Source: Isorropodon fossajaponicum endosymbiont JTNG4 (GTDB lineage Bacteria > Pseudomonadota > Gammaproteobacteria > PS1 > Pseudothioglobaceae). Taken from it: a stretch of DNA of 32,000 nucleotides. A model generated the notes under the pieces. It made no database searches and was not told where the DNA came from. It saw nothing but the letters and a program-made list of their open reading frames with translations. The stretch is from assembly GCF_016592615.1 (NCBI RefSeq), contig NZ_AP013043.1, positions 1-32,000 of the forward strand, read 5' to 3'. Shown piece after piece: positions 9,817-20,533 of this stretch; positions within the stretch are counted from its first letter, which is position 1, and each line of letters starts with the position of its first letter. Both the position numbers and the translations under genes were made by a program.

Positions 9817-11104
9817 TTAAAGAATCACGCTGCTTTTAGCAAAGCATACGCTAAACACAGAGCCTTTGCCAAGTTCACTTTTTATATCTAATACACTACC
9901 GTGCCTTTGGGCGATGTGTTGAACAATTGCTAATCCAAAGACCAGTTCCACCTTTTTTTGACCTCTAGATCTGCCCTTATCAATACGATAAAAACGTTCA
10001 GTTAGTCGTGTTAAGTGCCTTGCAGGAATGCCAGAACCGTAATCTTGAACCTCAAAACACGCCCCGCCTTCTAGCCCTTGACGCCAGCTAATATAATTTT
10101 AGTGCCATCTGGTGTGTGTCGTTTTGCATTAAATATCAAATTAGAACAAGGACTAATAATTTCAGTTTCAATGCCAAATACTTGGCGCCTTTGATGATAT
10201 TTTGGTAATCATTAAACCATCTTCACTGTTACAAATATGATTAATGACCTTTTCCATGTTAATCCCTACACTTGCTTCACGAGTTAACCTGGTGCTTTCC
10301 AAGCGTAAAAGCGTTAAAAGATCTTCAATGATATTGCCCATTCTTTCTGATTGCTCATAAGATGACTGCACAGCTTTAAATAGTGACTCTGGCAAAAGAT
10401 GGCTGTCTTGCATCATCTCCAAGTAGCCTGAAATAACTGTTAGTGGCATGCGTAATTCATGTGATGCATTAGAAATAAAGCTTTTACGCATATCTAAAAT
10501 TTGAGCTCTCTCGCTAATATCTCGTGCAATTAATAATTTTAAATCAGCATTAATGACAATAACTCTTAACGATAGTTTAATGGCTGAATTTTTTGGTGAT
10601 TCAATTTCAACCTCATGATTACTTTGTGTTGTAAGTAGTTTATGCAGCTCAGAAGAGCGAATTAAATCATCAATACACTGTCCGCGATCAACTTTCATGC
10701 TAATGCCTAATAATTGACCAGATAACTTGTTAGTCCAATCAATTTCATTGTTGCCATTGAGCACAACAGTGGCATATGGTAGTCCTTTTACGATGCTTTG
10801 GGAGCGTTTTAGCAGGGCATTCATGCGCCTTTTTCGCTCATTACTTTTGTTCTTGGTTTGCTGTACTTGGGCGTTAATTTTCTCCCAAACTCCGTTGCTG
10901 TCTGGTACCTTAGCTTGCTCTGTGCCGTTAGCCATCCGCCAATAAAACTGTTGAAGTTTAAAATGAATCCAAATCACGTAGCCTGCTAAACTCACTGCCA
11001 GGCTTACCACTCACCCATGCATTAGTCAATAAACCGCCCAGCACTGCTATGAATAATACAAGTGCAGTACGCCATTTTTCTGCATGTCTTATAAAAGGCT
11101 TCAT
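9817..11104 (-). pseudogene. phoR: PhoR-like sensor histidine kinase pseudogene (at least 4 frameshifts)
   Basis: H-box 'SHELRMPLTVISGYLEMM'. N-box 'SNLIFNAKRHTPDGT'. 'FEVQDYGSGIPARHLTRLTERFYRIDKGRSRG' and 'GLAIVQHIAQRHGSVLDIKSELGKGSVF' are all recognisable. They lie in different frames, with shifts near 11000, 10180, 10095 and 9950. Confidence 0.82.
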
Positions 11105-11114
11105 AGCATTATCT

Positions 11115-11655
11115 CTAGTTGAAACGACAGCCTATGCTTCTTACGGTTTGAACACACGATTCTAGCTGGTAACGCTTTAAAATTTTTCTCAATCTCAAAA
11201 TATGAACATCAATTGTTCTTTCATCAATCACTGTTAATTTACCCCAAACCTCATCAAGTAACTGCGATCTACTAAAAACTCTGCCTTTATTTTTCATTAA
11301 AAAATAAAGCAGGCGGAATTCTGTCGCACCAATTTCTACTGTGTCGCCCCTAATTTATAACAAATGCTGGGTGAGGTTGATCGAAATTTCCTGAATGGTT
11401 AATTGCCCATCATTATCCAGCCCTTGAAAACGACGTAATAAAGAGTGAATGCGTGCATTTAGCTCTTTTAACAAAACCAGCTTGGTCATATAATCATCAG
11501 CGCCCACATTAAGTCCTTTAACTTTGTCAGACTCTTGTGCTTTAGCAGTTAGCATGATGATAGGTATAAAGTCCAACCTGAATAACCAACAATCTATTGA
11601 TACAACAATACAAAACACCATTTTTCATTGGCAAAAATTGCAACTTTTTGGTAAA
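11115..11655 (-). pseudogene. phoB: PhoB-like response regulator pseudogene (5'-truncated, frameshift, in-frame TAA)
   Basis: Winged-helix C-terminus 'VFSRSQLLDEVWG..DERTIDVHILRLRKIL..VQTVRSIG'. In-frame TAA at 11355-11357. The receiver segment '[25 protein letters not shown]' is present, and the phospho-acceptor region reads 'FVLLYQ*IVGYSG' in another frame. The first 30-40 codons or so are missing. The upper boundary is approximate. Confidence 0.8.
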
Positions 11656-12560
11656 ATAGACCCCAATTCCTTGCAAATATTTTGTCAAAAATGAAGCCTA
11701 AAAATACCCTCATACCTCAAGATGATTTGTTTAAAAATCGACTTGAAAATATGATTGATACTAAACACAAATTAGTTGCTCTATCAAAGCTAATTGATTG
11801 ACAAAGCTTTGACAAAGCTTTGATCAAGACTGGGGCAGTTGTTTCTCTCAGACCAAGGTGCGCCAGCCATACCAACAAGAATGATTGCAGGGTTGCATTA
11901 CCTTAAGCACCTTTATGATTTATCTGATGAACAAGTTGTTGAACGTTGGGTTGAGAATCCGTACTGGCAGTACTTTACTGGTGAACATTTCTTCTTACAC
12001 ATTCTGCCCATCCATCCAACGTCAATGACCAAATAGCGTAATCTCCTTGGCAAAGACGGTGTTGAAAAGCTATTAGTGGAAACCATCAATACTGGACTTA
12101 AAAGCAAAACCATCAAACCAAGCAGTTTGACAAAAGTAACGGTTGATAGTACTGTACAAGAGAAGAATATCACCTTCCCAACCGACTCAAAGTTGTTTAA
12201 CAAAGCTAGAATAAATTTAGTCAAAGTCGCCAAAGCACACAACATCAATCTCAGACAAAATTATAATCGAAAATGCAAAACCTATGCCTTAATGGCAGGA
12301 CGCTATGCGCACGCTAAGCAATTCAAAAGAATGCGGGCAATGAATAAGAAATTAAAGAGCAGACTGGGTAGAATTGTTCGAGACATTGAACGCCAATTAC
12401 CAGTAGACAATCCATTGCTTTTATACATGCCCACTCTAAGAACCCAACCAAGAATCCAGTCGCAAACACCTCAGGCATTACAACAAATTCTTCTGACTCT
12501 GGGTAGAGGGCTGGAACTGTCTTTGAGTTTGGCACAACAAACTTGTGCTCGTATATTCCA
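11656..12560 (+). mobile_element. IS5-family transposase remnant (frameshifted, 3'-truncated)
   Basis: The pieces are 'MKPKNTLIPQDDLFKNRLENMIDTKHKLVALSKLID', 'PTRMIAGLHYLKHLYDLSDEQVVERWVENPYWQYFTGEHFF', 'VTVDSTVQEKNITFPTDSKL..LRQNYNRK..GRYAHAKQFKR..LGRIVRDIER' and 'AGTVFEFGT'. They lie in three frames and the catalytic C-terminal half is absent. Both boundaries are approximate. Confidence 0.75.
11800..11821. repeat. 11-bp tandem duplication inside the IS5 transposase remnant
   Basis: GACAAAGCTTT occurs twice in tandem (11800-11810 and 11811-11821). This changes the reading frame right after the first stop in the transposase. Confidence 0.9.
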
Positions 12561-12857
12561 ATTGGCTCTTACATCGCCATATTCCAACGCTTTTTTATAC
12601 CAGTATATTGCTTTTTGTTTATTTTGATCAAGATCAGTTTTGTCTCTAACAGAACAATGATCTACAGAAATACCATAATCATACATTCTCGCTAATTTAA
12701 CTGTTGCCAACAGATCTTTTTGGTTTATTGAATGCCATTCATATAAATTTCTAGCCTGTTTCGCATGACAACTACGCATTGCCGCATCTCCTGGAGTTTG
12801 GCTGATACACGATGATAGTGCTGTTGTAAAAAATAATAAACTTATTATTTTGTACAT
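12561..12857 (-). pseudogene. Sel1-repeat lipoprotein, 3' end truncated at the IS5 remnant
   Basis: Lipobox signal peptide 'MYKIISLLFFTTALSSC'. Sel1-like repeat 'KLARMYDYGISV....KQKAIYWYKKALEYGDVRA'. Beyond about 12560 the ORF (track 12471-12857) reads antisense through IS5-derived sequence. Confidence 0.6.
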
Positions 12858-13093
12858 TATGAACTCCTAACTATTATTATAAGAACATATTTCCTTATAT
12901 TGCGATCAAAATAAAGCTATGTAAAAAATGATGTTTCCAGCCGTTATAAAAAATAAAAGGTCGAGATAACTTTTTACTTAATATGTGACATTAAGAATAT
13001 AAAACATATTTGTACAACTCAATTTAGACTTCACGTATTAGTAACAGATGAATCTTGTTATTTGGTGAGTGCATGATTTAAGAGATTGAGTGG

Positions 13094-15574
13094 TTATTTT
13101 TCAATACGACAAAGCAAATCAAACTCACAATAGTCACAGGCATTTTTGTTGGGTAAGACAGTGGCGATGCCATGTTGAAAATCAAGACTAGCGGTATTTA
13201 AGGTTTGCTGCCAGATTTTAAGCTGCTCGTCCCAATCTTGGCATTTGCCTTTGTATTTGGATTGTTTGGGTAGAGAGTCTGGGTCTTTTGAGAGTCCTTT
13301 GAAGTTGATTTTGTTTGAGGCCAGTTCAATAAAAGCAGCGCCTTGAACGTTGTTGGTGAGAGCATAAATAGGGAGTTGTGGATCACTGATGGCGCTGCCA
13401 CACCAGCTGGCGATTGAGGTGGTGCCTGTTTTGTAATCAAAGATTATTTTGTCGCCATTATTCATTTGGTCGAGTCTATCTAATCGGGTTTCAAATTCTA
13501 AATTGGCAATATTGGCAGTGATGTTTTGTTCGGTTGCTAGTATGCAAAAATCTTCTCTTTGTTTGTCGGTTTCAATAAAAGTGTGAATAAGGCGAGAGAG
13601 CCTGAGTTTTTCTATTTTTTTAAAACCAGAGTTTGGATGGCGTTTGAGAGCGACGTTTATTTTATTAAGAATAAGGCTGTCAAGTTCTTTGGTGCTAAGG
13701 GCTAGGAGTTGTTCTTTTGAGGTAATTTCTTGATAAATATATTGCAAGGCGTTGTGGATAATACTGCCTTGTTCTAATCGGTTGATGCCAATATGTGGCG
13801 CATCGAAACTTGGGGTATTGAGTCGATGTGCAAAGCCTTTAAAAGCGCAAGCCATTTGGTCTTTTAAAATGCGAACACCTGATTTGATTTGGGGTTTTTC
13901 TAAATGAGTTGTGCGGGTATCAATAATAGACTCTAGCGCAATGGGGGATATTTTTTGAATATGGCTTGTGTTTATGGCTGGGTTAAATTCTATCAGTGGT
14001 GAGGGTAATTGCTCATTTTCAAGGTGTGTTAGTGCATAGGAAAAAACGACTTTGTCGGCAAGTGAGCTTAAACTTTTCAGTGTGTTTTTAGCGTCAGTTG
14101 CAATCAGTTCGTAATCTGTGTGTGGGATTTGGTGTGTTACGCTGATATCATGTGCAATAAAACGAGTTGAGTTGAGTCGCGCGGGTAGGAATTGGTTGGT
14201 CATACCTAGTACCCAAGCCTCGTAAAAATATAAGCCTTGTGCCTCTAAAGCACCTAGAATTTGGATATTAGTTTTACTTGCTTGCGCTTGGAAAATAACT
14301 TGCGTGGTTAGATTGTTTAATTGAGCGATGGCAGATTGGGTACTAACTTTAGCGTGATAAAGTGAAAGCCGATTAAGCCCTAAACTGGTTTTTAAGTATT
14401 TTTTAAATAGTTGATATTCGGTACTGCTTAGGTTTCTATCAGTAGCAAACCCCCAAGTTTCAAGTGTGCTATTAAAGCTTAAAAGATGGGATTCAAGTGT
14501 GTTATTGCTTGGTTTTTTACGCTTAATATTGTTGATAATAGCCTCTAATATTGGGCATTTTGACAAAGCCTTGTCAATTTTATCCAAACTAAATTCATCA
14601 ACAGATAAGGACAGAACTTGGTTCATTAATAGGCTTCTGGCTGATCTTTCTTGCTGGTAGCCAGAAACATAAACGCAAGTGGCAATTTGGTTGAATAATG
14701 CGCTTTGGATTTTGTTGTATTGTAATTGGGTGGATAGTGTCAAAATTGATAATAAATCTTGAATCAGCGGGTATTGATTTAAGCGCAGCCCTAAGGATAT
14801 GTTGTAAGATTTTTGCCCAATTTCAGTGAGTAAGTTGTCAAACACTTGATCAAAAATAGAACTTAACTGATGTTGTATATCATTAAGTTGTGGGCTAACG
14901 ATGACGACTGATTTATCAGGATTGGTATCAAAATGTGCTTTTGCCCATTTAGCAGCTTTGAGGATTTCGCTTGTGGTGGTATCAAAAGTGAGGGCTGATA
15001 TATGGTGAGTGTTGTTAGCGTTAATTTGTTGATATCCGATTGTATCAAACAAAAGTTGTTGTTGAGGTGTTAGGGTTTTAAAGCCGTATATATAAGGCTT
15101 GGTGATTGATACATTGGCTTTAATAATTAAACTTGGCAGGTCATGTAAATCAATCAAACTTAGGGCTGATTTGGTGTTTTTATAGGCATTAACCCAAGTG
15201 CTAAACAATTCAGATGAGCGTATTTTTGAGCAAGTTAACTCGGATAAATCAATTAAATGATTGGCACAATAATCATTATTTTTAACCACTTCATCCAATA
15301 GGCGTTGGTCTGTGCTTTGCCCCAGTTTTTGCATGGATTGTTTGATAAGGTGTCTTGATTCAATCTGGTCAATAAAGCGTAAGTTTGAATTAGGGTTAAT
15401 TTGGCGCCAAGTGTGGTATAAATATTGCCCCCAAGATAAGGCTTTTGGCAGTTGGGTATTGCCATGTTGAATGGCAAAAGTTTTTTTAAAAGCTAGTACT
15501 TGTCGATTATTGGCTAAAACAACGGTGTCTTGAGTGTTAAGTTTGGTTAACTCGGCATTAATCAACATAGCCAA
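13094..15574 (-). CDS. AddB-like PD-(D/E)XK nuclease family protein (probable DNA repair protein)
   Basis: 826 aa. The C-terminal nuclease domain has 'RLDRLD....IIFDYKTG'. It also has the AddB-type Fe-S 'staple' cysteines: '[11 protein letters not shown]' upstream, plus a terminal C-x2-C-x5-C ('[10 protein letters not shown]'). It overlaps engB by 17 nt. Confidence 0.8.
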   Translation of the reverse strand: MAMLINAELTKLNTQDTVVLANNRQVLAFKKTFAIQHGNTQLPKALSWGQYLYHTWRQINPNSNLRFIDQIESRHLIKQSMQKLGQSTDQRLLDEVVKNNDYCANHLIDLSELTCSKIRSSELFSTWVNAYKNTKSALSLIDLHDLPSLIIKANVSITKPYIYGFKTLTPQQQLLFDTIGYQQINANNTHHISALTFDTTTSEILKAAKWAKAHFDTNPDKSVVIVSPQLNDIQHQLSSIFDQVFDNLLTEIGQKSYNISLGLRLNQYPLIQDLLSILTLSTQLQYNKIQSALFNQIATCVYVSGYQQERSARSLLMNQVLSLSVDEFSLDKIDKALSKCPILEAIINNIKRKKPSNNTLESHLLSFNSTLETWGFATDRNLSSTEYQLFKKYLKTSLGLNRLSLYHAKVSTQSAIAQLNNLTTQVIFQAQASKTNIQILGALEAQGLYFYEAWVLGMTNQFLPARLNSTRFIAHDISVTHQIPHTDYELIATDAKNTLKSLSSLADKVVFSYALTHLENEQLPSPLIEFNPAINTSHIQKISPIALESIIDTRTTHLEKPQIKSGVRILKDQMACAFKGFAHRLNTPSFDAPHIGINRLEQGSIIHNALQYIYQEITSKEQLLALSTKELDSLILNKINVALKRHPNSGFKKIEKLRLSRLIHTFIETDKQREDFCILATEQNITANIANLEFETRLDRLDQMNNGDKIIFDYKTGTTSIASWCGSAISDPQLPIYALTNNVQGAAFIELASNKINFKGLSKDPDSLPKQSKYKGKCQDWDEQLKIWQQTLNTASLDFQHGIATVLPNKNACDYCEFDLLCRIEK

Positions 15575-16157
15575 AAAAGGTGTCTAATCGAGTCCATAAT
15601 GTTTCTAAGCCCTGTTTTTTTAGGCTAGAGAATAATTGCACATCAACATAAGGATACTTTTTAATTTGATTACGGACTTTAAGGTAGGTGTTGCTGGCGG
15701 CGCCTTTTTTGAGTTTGTCGGATTTGGTGAGTATGATTTGTGCGGGTAAATTAATACTATGACACCAGTCAAGCATCATTTGGTCAAAAGGCTTGAGTGG
15801 ATGGCGAACATCCATAACCAGCACGGCACCGCGAAGGCAGTCGCGCTTGTTAAAGTATTCATTCATATCTTCGTGCCATTTGGCTTTGACACGTTCTGGC
15901 ACTTTGGCGTAGCCATAGCCAGGCAAATCAACCAGACGACGGTCTTTGTCAAGCTCAAAGAAAACCAAATGTTGAGTCCTACCAGGCGTGCGCGATACTT
16001 TGGCAAGTTTGTTTTGTAGCGTGAGTGTATTAATGGCACTTGACTTGCCTGCATTTGACCGACCAGCAAAAATAACCTCATAGCCTTCGTCTGGCGGACA
16101 GCCTTTTAAAGAGGGGCAAGAGAGCATGAATTTAGTTTGGTGGTAGTGTTTGCGCAT
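15558..16157 (-). CDS. engB: Ribosome-biogenesis GTPase EngB/YihA
   Basis: G1 motif '[14 protein letters not shown]', then '[10 protein letters not shown]' and 'TKSDKL'. The start is set at the Met of '[15 protein letters not shown]', by comparison with the usual EngB N-terminus. The ORF itself opens at 16193. Confidence 0.9.
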   Translation of the reverse strand: MRKHYHQTKFMLSCPSLKGCPPDEGYEVIFAGRSNAGKSSAINTLTLQNKLAKVSRTPGRTQHLVFFELDKDRRLVDLPGYGYAKVPERVKAKWHEDMNEYFNKRDCLRGAVLVMDVRHPLKPFDQMMLDWCHSINLPAQIILTKSDKLKKGAASNTYLKVRNQIKKYPYVDVQLFSSLKKQGLETLWTRLDTFFGYVD

Positions 16158-16231
16158 TGTTAAAACGGTGTATAATCGAAAATTCGTGATCATTTATTGA
16201 TCATTAATTTTAATGATAAAGAGAGAGAGTA

Positions 16232-16519
16232 ATGAAGAGAATTTTATTAGTAGCAACTGTCGCTACATTTACAATGGGTTTTGCTCAAGCAAATGGCGCA
16301 TCAGATTATGCTAGCGGTGGCTGTGCTAGTTGTCATGGCGCCACAGGTGTATCAGTCTTTCCAACTTATCCTAACCTTGCTGGACAAAATGCGGCTTATA
16401 CCGTTAAGCAACTAAAAGATTTTCAATCAGGCGTACGTCAAGACCCAACTATGAATGCAATAGCACCAATAGTTGCTGGCCATGAGCAGGCAATTGCTGA
16501 TTATTTATCCCAGCAATAA
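16232..16519 (+). CDS. Monoheme class I c-type cytochrome (resembles half of cytochrome c4)
   Basis: Signal peptide 'MKRILLVATVATFTMGFAQA'. A single CxxCH ('CASCH'). Met-ligand region 'DPTMNAIA'. 'YPNLAGQ' resembles the c4-domain motif. Confidence 0.85.
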   Translation: MKRILLVATVATFTMGFAQANGASDYASGGCASCHGATGVSVFPTYPNLAGQNAAYTVKQLKDFQSGVRQDPTMNAIAPIVAGHEQAIADYLSQQ

Positions 16520-16602
16520 AAAAACCACCCTTCATTTCACTATTTTAGTAGACCAAGGTTAATGTATGATGTTGACTTTTTTTTTCAAAAAACGCATATA
16601 TT

Positions 16603-17244
16603 ATGAATAAATTAGCCTCAATTTTTATTATTGCAATCGCTTTTACTTCAATCAATATTTTTGCATCTGGCGATGTTGCCAAAGGCAAGGTTACTGCAAC
16701 AACTTGTGTTGCTTGTCATGGTGTTCAGGGTAATTCAGTGGTGGCTACATTTCCTAAATTAGCCGGGCAGGGCAAAGGTTATTTACTAAAACAGTTACAA
16801 GATTTTAAATCAAATACTCGTCAAGATGCGATTATGAAAGGCATTGTTGCACCATTAACCAAGGACGATATGGCGAATTTAGCCGCTTATTTTTCTAAGC
16901 AGCCTACCACCCAAGGTGTTGCAAGTAAAAGTGCCAATATTGCTTTGGGTGAGCACCTTTATAGAGGTGGCAATAAGGACAAAGGCGTAACGGCTTGTAT
17001 TGCTTGTCATGGTCCTACAGGAGCTGGCATTCCTTCTGCTAAGTTTCCAGCTCTAGCTTCTCAGCACGCGACTTATATAACCAAACAACTCATCGCTTTC
17101 CGCCAAGATGCGCATAATGTACAAATGGGTGTCAATGCGCCTGAACGTAATAATGATTATGAAGGCATGATGAGAAACATCACTAAACATTTAAGCAATA
17201 AAGAGATTGAAGCGGTTTCTCAATATATTGCTGGACTGCATTAA
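16603..17244 (+). CDS. Diheme cytochrome c4
   Basis: Signal peptide. Two CxxCH motifs ('CVACH', 'CIACH'), each followed by 'FPKLAGQ' or 'FPALASQ' and 'QL..F'. The divergent engB / cytochrome c4 arrangement is common in gammaproteobacteria. Confidence 0.9.
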   Translation: MNKLASIFIIAIAFTSINIFASGDVAKGKVTATTCVACHGVQGNSVVATFPKLAGQGKGYLLKQLQDFKSNTRQDAIMKGIVAPLTKDDMANLAAYFSKQPTTQGVASKSANIALGEHLYRGGNKDKGVTACIACHGPTGAGIPSAKFPALASQHATYITKQLIAFRQDAHNVQMGVNAPERNNDYEGMMRNITKHLSNKEIEAVSQYIAGLH

Positions 17245-17284
17245 ATTAAAAGATGAGTCAAGGCTGAACAGCCTTAATTAATAC

Positions 17285-17309
17285 AAAAGGCGGTTATACT
17301 GCCTTTTTT
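17285..17309 (+). terminator. Rho-independent terminator after the cytochrome c4 gene
   Basis: AAAAGGCGG-TTATA-CTGCCTTTT followed by a T-run. Confidence 0.65.
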
Positions 17310-17371
17310 ATTTACCTGTGTTTTAGGTATAATTGGCTCTTTTTTCAAGTATAAAAACGGATTTGAACGCA

Positions 17372-18661
17372 ATGAAAACTTCACTAGAAACATTAAAAGG
17401 CCTGGCTAGATCATTAAAAGTAGACCTGCCTATTGATACTTTTAACCAAAAAACGGATAAAATTTTACAAAAAATGGCATCGCAAGTGAATATTGACGGC
17501 TTTAGAAAGGGCAAAGTTCCTGTTTCTGTTGTGCGTAAACGCTTTGGTGGCAATGCCAAGTCAGATGCCATTAATGAGATTGTGAGCGAAACCTTGACTG
17601 ATGCATTAGCACAAGTCAAAGTAACGCCTGTTGCGCAGCCAGTTATCAGCAAAGTTGACTCAGAAGATGAGAAGAATTTTTCTTATACAGTAACGTTTGA
17701 AGTGTTTCCTGAGATTAAAGTGGCTGATTTTTCAAAGCTTACTATTGGGCAAACCAAGGTAGAGATTACTAAAGCTGATGAGCAAAAAACACTGAATGGA
17801 TTAAAAGAACAATTGACCGAATATAAAGCTGTTAAACGCAAATCTGAAACAGGCGATAGATTGTCGATTGATTTTAAAGGTTCGACTGATGGAGAAACCT
17901 TTGATGGCGGTGAAGCTAAAGACTTCAAAATAGTACTTGGTAAAGGCTCAATGATTAAAGGTTTTGAAGAAGGTTTAATGGGCGCAACTGCTAACAGTGC
18001 GCTGGCATTGGACTTGGTATTCCCTAAAGATTATCATATGGATAAATTATCAGGCAAAGCCGTTACTTTTGAGATTAATATTAATGAAGTGGCCTCACCC
18101 AAAGAGCCAAAGTTAGATGAAGCATTTGCTAAGAAGTTTGGCGAAAAAAACATGGACGCTTTAAAAGTGAGTATGAAGGTACAAATGAAGGTTGAAATTG
18201 ATGGCCGTACTAGCCATTTAAATAAAAATGCTATTTTTGATGCACTTTCTGAAGCCAATCAATTTGACGTGCCACAGTCTAGCATCGACAATGAAGCACA
18301 AAACTTACTCAAAGAGATGAAAGAGCGTATGCAACAGCAAGGTTTGCCAGCACAAGGCGAAATTCCTGCTTCTACCTTTAATGATGAAGCGCAGCGTCGT
18401 GTTAAATTAGGCTTGTTGGTTAATCAAATCTCTAGTGAGAACAAATTAAGTGTCAACATGAAACAAATTGATGCAAAGCTACAAGAAATGTCTCAGGCGT
18501 ATGGTGAAGATGCTCAGAAAATGATTGATTTTTACAACCAAGACCCAACAAGAAAATCAAGTATTGAGTTGTTAGTGGTCGAAAAAATGGTTCAAGACTT
18601 AATCTTGGATAAAGCCAAAGTGACTTTCAAGCAGAAAAAATTTCAAGAAATTACACAGTAG
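17372..18661 (+). CDS. tig: Trigger factor
   Basis: Ribosome-binding signature 'GFRKGKVP', a central FKBP-type PPIase region ('DRLSIDFKGSTDGETFDGG') and the position upstream of clpP-clpX. The start is set at the Met of 'MKTSLETLKG'. The ORF opens at 17333. Confidence 0.93.
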   Translation: MKTSLETLKGLARSLKVDLPIDTFNQKTDKILQKMASQVNIDGFRKGKVPVSVVRKRFGGNAKSDAINEIVSETLTDALAQVKVTPVAQPVISKVDSEDEKNFSYTVTFEVFPEIKVADFSKLTIGQTKVEITKADEQKTLNGLKEQLTEYKAVKRKSETGDRLSIDFKGSTDGETFDGGEAKDFKIVLGKGSMIKGFEEGLMGATANSALALDLVFPKDYHMDKLSGKAVTFEININEVASPKEPKLDEAFAKKFGEKNMDALKVSMKVQMKVEIDGRTSHLNKNAIFDALSEANQFDVPQSSIDNEAQNLLKEMKERMQQQGLPAQGEIPASTFNDEAQRRVKLGLLVNQISSENKLSVNMKQIDAKLQEMSQAYGEDAQKMIDFYNQDPTRKSSIELLVVEKMVQDLILDKAKVTFKQKKFQEITQ

Positions 18662-18665
18662 CTAA

Positions 18666-19262
18666 ATGGACATTGAAAATTTAAATCAAATCCCGATGGT
18701 GGTGGAGCAATCTGCCCGAGGTGAAAGAGCTTATGATATTTATTCGCGTCTTTTAAAAGAGCGTATTATTTTTTTAGTGGGTCCCGTTGAAGACTACATG
18801 GCAAATGTAGTCGTGGCGCAATTACTTTTTTTAGAATCTGAAAATCCTAATAAAGACATTCATTTATATATTAACTCTCCTGGTGGGTCGGTTTCTGCTG
18901 GTTTGGCGATTTATGATACCATGCAATTTATCAAGCCTGATGTGTCTACCTTGTGTATTGGTCAAGCGGCAAGTATGGGCGCTTTATTATTAACAGCAGG
19001 GGCTAAAGGCAAACGCTTTGCACTGCCTAATGTTCGGTGTATGATTCACCAGCCTTTGGGTGGGTTTTCTGGTCAGGCGAGTGATATTGATATCCATGCA
19101 CAAGAAATTTTAAAAGTGAGAGAAAAGATCAATCAAATTTTAAAACTGCATACGGGTCAAACAATTAAAGCCATCCAAAAAGACACTGATAGAGATAATT
19201 TTATGTCAGCAAATGAAGCTGCCAAATACGGCTTAATTGACAAAGTATTGACAAAACGTTAA
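18666..19262 (+). CDS. clpP: ATP-dependent Clp protease proteolytic subunit
   Basis: Catalytic Ser in 'GQAASMGA', His in 'MIHQPLGG', and '[15 protein letters not shown]'. Confidence 0.97.
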   Translation: MDIENLNQIPMVVEQSARGERAYDIYSRLLKERIIFLVGPVEDYMANVVVAQLLFLESENPNKDIHLYINSPGGSVSAGLAIYDTMQFIKPDVSTLCIGQAASMGALLLTAGAKGKRFALPNVRCMIHQPLGGFSGQASDIDIHAQEILKVREKINQILKLHTGQTIKAIQKDTDRDNFMSANEAAKYGLIDKVLTKR

Positions 19263-19266
19263 ATTT

Positions 19267-20532
19267 ATGAAAGACGATATTCAAGAATTGGTTTGTTCAT
19301 TTTGTGGCAAGGGTAAATCTGAGGTTGAGCGTTTAATTAAAGGTCCTGGTGTTTATATTTGCAATGAATGTATTGAATCGTGCCATGATTTAATTGAAGA
19401 GCAGGCATCACAAGAAGAGGCTAATGAGTTTGAGGATTGGAATTACACACCCAAACAATTAAACAACTTTTTAAACGATTATGTGATTGGTCAAGACCAT
19501 GCCAAGAAAGTGCTATCTGTTGCAGTTTACAATCATTACAAACGCCTTCAAAGTGACTATGTATCTAATAAAGTAGAACTAGATAAGTCTAATATTTTAA
19601 TGATTGGTCCTACAGGCTCAGGCAAAACATTACTAGCACAAACATTAGCACGCATCTTAGATGTTCCTTTCACAGTGGCTGATGCAACGACATTAACTGA
19701 GGCAGGTTATGTGGGTGATGACGTTGAAAATGTGATTAAAAATTTATTATCAAAATGTGATTTTGATCCAAAACGTGCTCAACGCGGTATTATTTTTATT
19801 GATGAAATTGATAAAATTTCTCGTCGTTCTGACTCGCCTTCTATTACTCGTGACGTCTCAGGCGAGGGTGTACAGCAAGCCATGCTTAAACTGATTGAAG
19901 GCACTGTGGCAAGTGTACCACCTCAAGGTGGGCGTAAGCATCCTAATCAAGAAACCATTGATGTGGACACTTCAAAGATTTTATTTATTTGTGGTGGTGC
20001 TTTTGATGGTTTGGATAAAATTATTAACAGACGTGTTGAAAAAGTGACAGGCATTGGTTTTGCTGCGAATGTAAAAGACCAAAAAGAAGAAAAAACACTG
20101 AGCGATTTATTTGCACTAATTCAACCAGAAGATTTAATTAAATTTGGCTTAATTCCAGAGCTTGTTGGTCGTTTGCCAGTACAAACAGCACTAGGTGAAT
20201 TAGACGAAACTGCCTTGGTGCAAATTTTAACACAGCCTAAAAATTCAGTTATTAAACAGTTTCAAGAAATATTTTCTATGGAAGATGTTAAGCTTATTTT
20301 TAGAAAGCCATCCTTGCTGGCAATTGCAAAATTGGCCATTAAACGCAAAACAGGCGCTAGGGGCTTGCGTTCTATTTTAGAAGATTTGTTATTAGATACG
20401 ATGTTTGAATTGCCATCACTTTCTGATGTGACCGAGGTGGTTATTGACAAAGCAGTGGTAGAAAAGAAAAAAGCACCACTGATTGCCTATCAATCCCAAA
20501 AACGTCCCAACAAGCCTAAAAGAGTTGGCTAA
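19267..20532 (+). CDS. clpX: ATP-dependent Clp protease ATP-binding subunit ClpX
   Basis: Zinc-binding 'CSFCGK..CNEC', Walker A '[11 protein letters not shown]', Walker B 'IIFIDEIDK' and 'GARGLRS'. Confidence 0.97.
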   Translation: MKDDIQELVCSFCGKGKSEVERLIKGPGVYICNECIESCHDLIEEQASQEEANEFEDWNYTPKQLNNFLNDYVIGQDHAKKVLSVAVYNHYKRLQSDYVSNKVELDKSNILMIGPTGSGKTLLAQTLARILDVPFTVADATTLTEAGYVGDDVENVIKNLLSKCDFDPKRAQRGIIFIDEIDKISRRSDSPSITRDVSGEGVQQAMLKLIEGTVASVPPQGGRKHPNQETIDVDTSKILFICGGAFDGLDKIINRRVEKVTGIGFAANVKDQKEEKTLSDLFALIQPEDLIKFGLIPELVGRLPVQTALGELDETALVQILTQPKNSVIKQFQEIFSMEDVKLIFRKPSLLAIAKLAIKRKTGARGLRSILEDLLLDTMFELPSLSDVTEVVIDKAVVEKKKAPLIAYQSQKRPNKPKRVG

Positions 20533-20533
20533 C

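Noticed and set aside
11913-12535. Minus-strand ORFs 11913-12248 and 12323-12535.
   Set aside because: They are antisense to IS5-family transposase fragments that carry clear family motifs on the plus strand.
16171-16176. A TATAAT hexamer in the engB / cytochrome c divergent region, considered as a possible promoter -10 element.
   Set aside because: There is no acceptable -35 element at 16-18 nt spacing, and the extended -10 TG is mis-spaced. AT-rich DNA yields many such hexamers.
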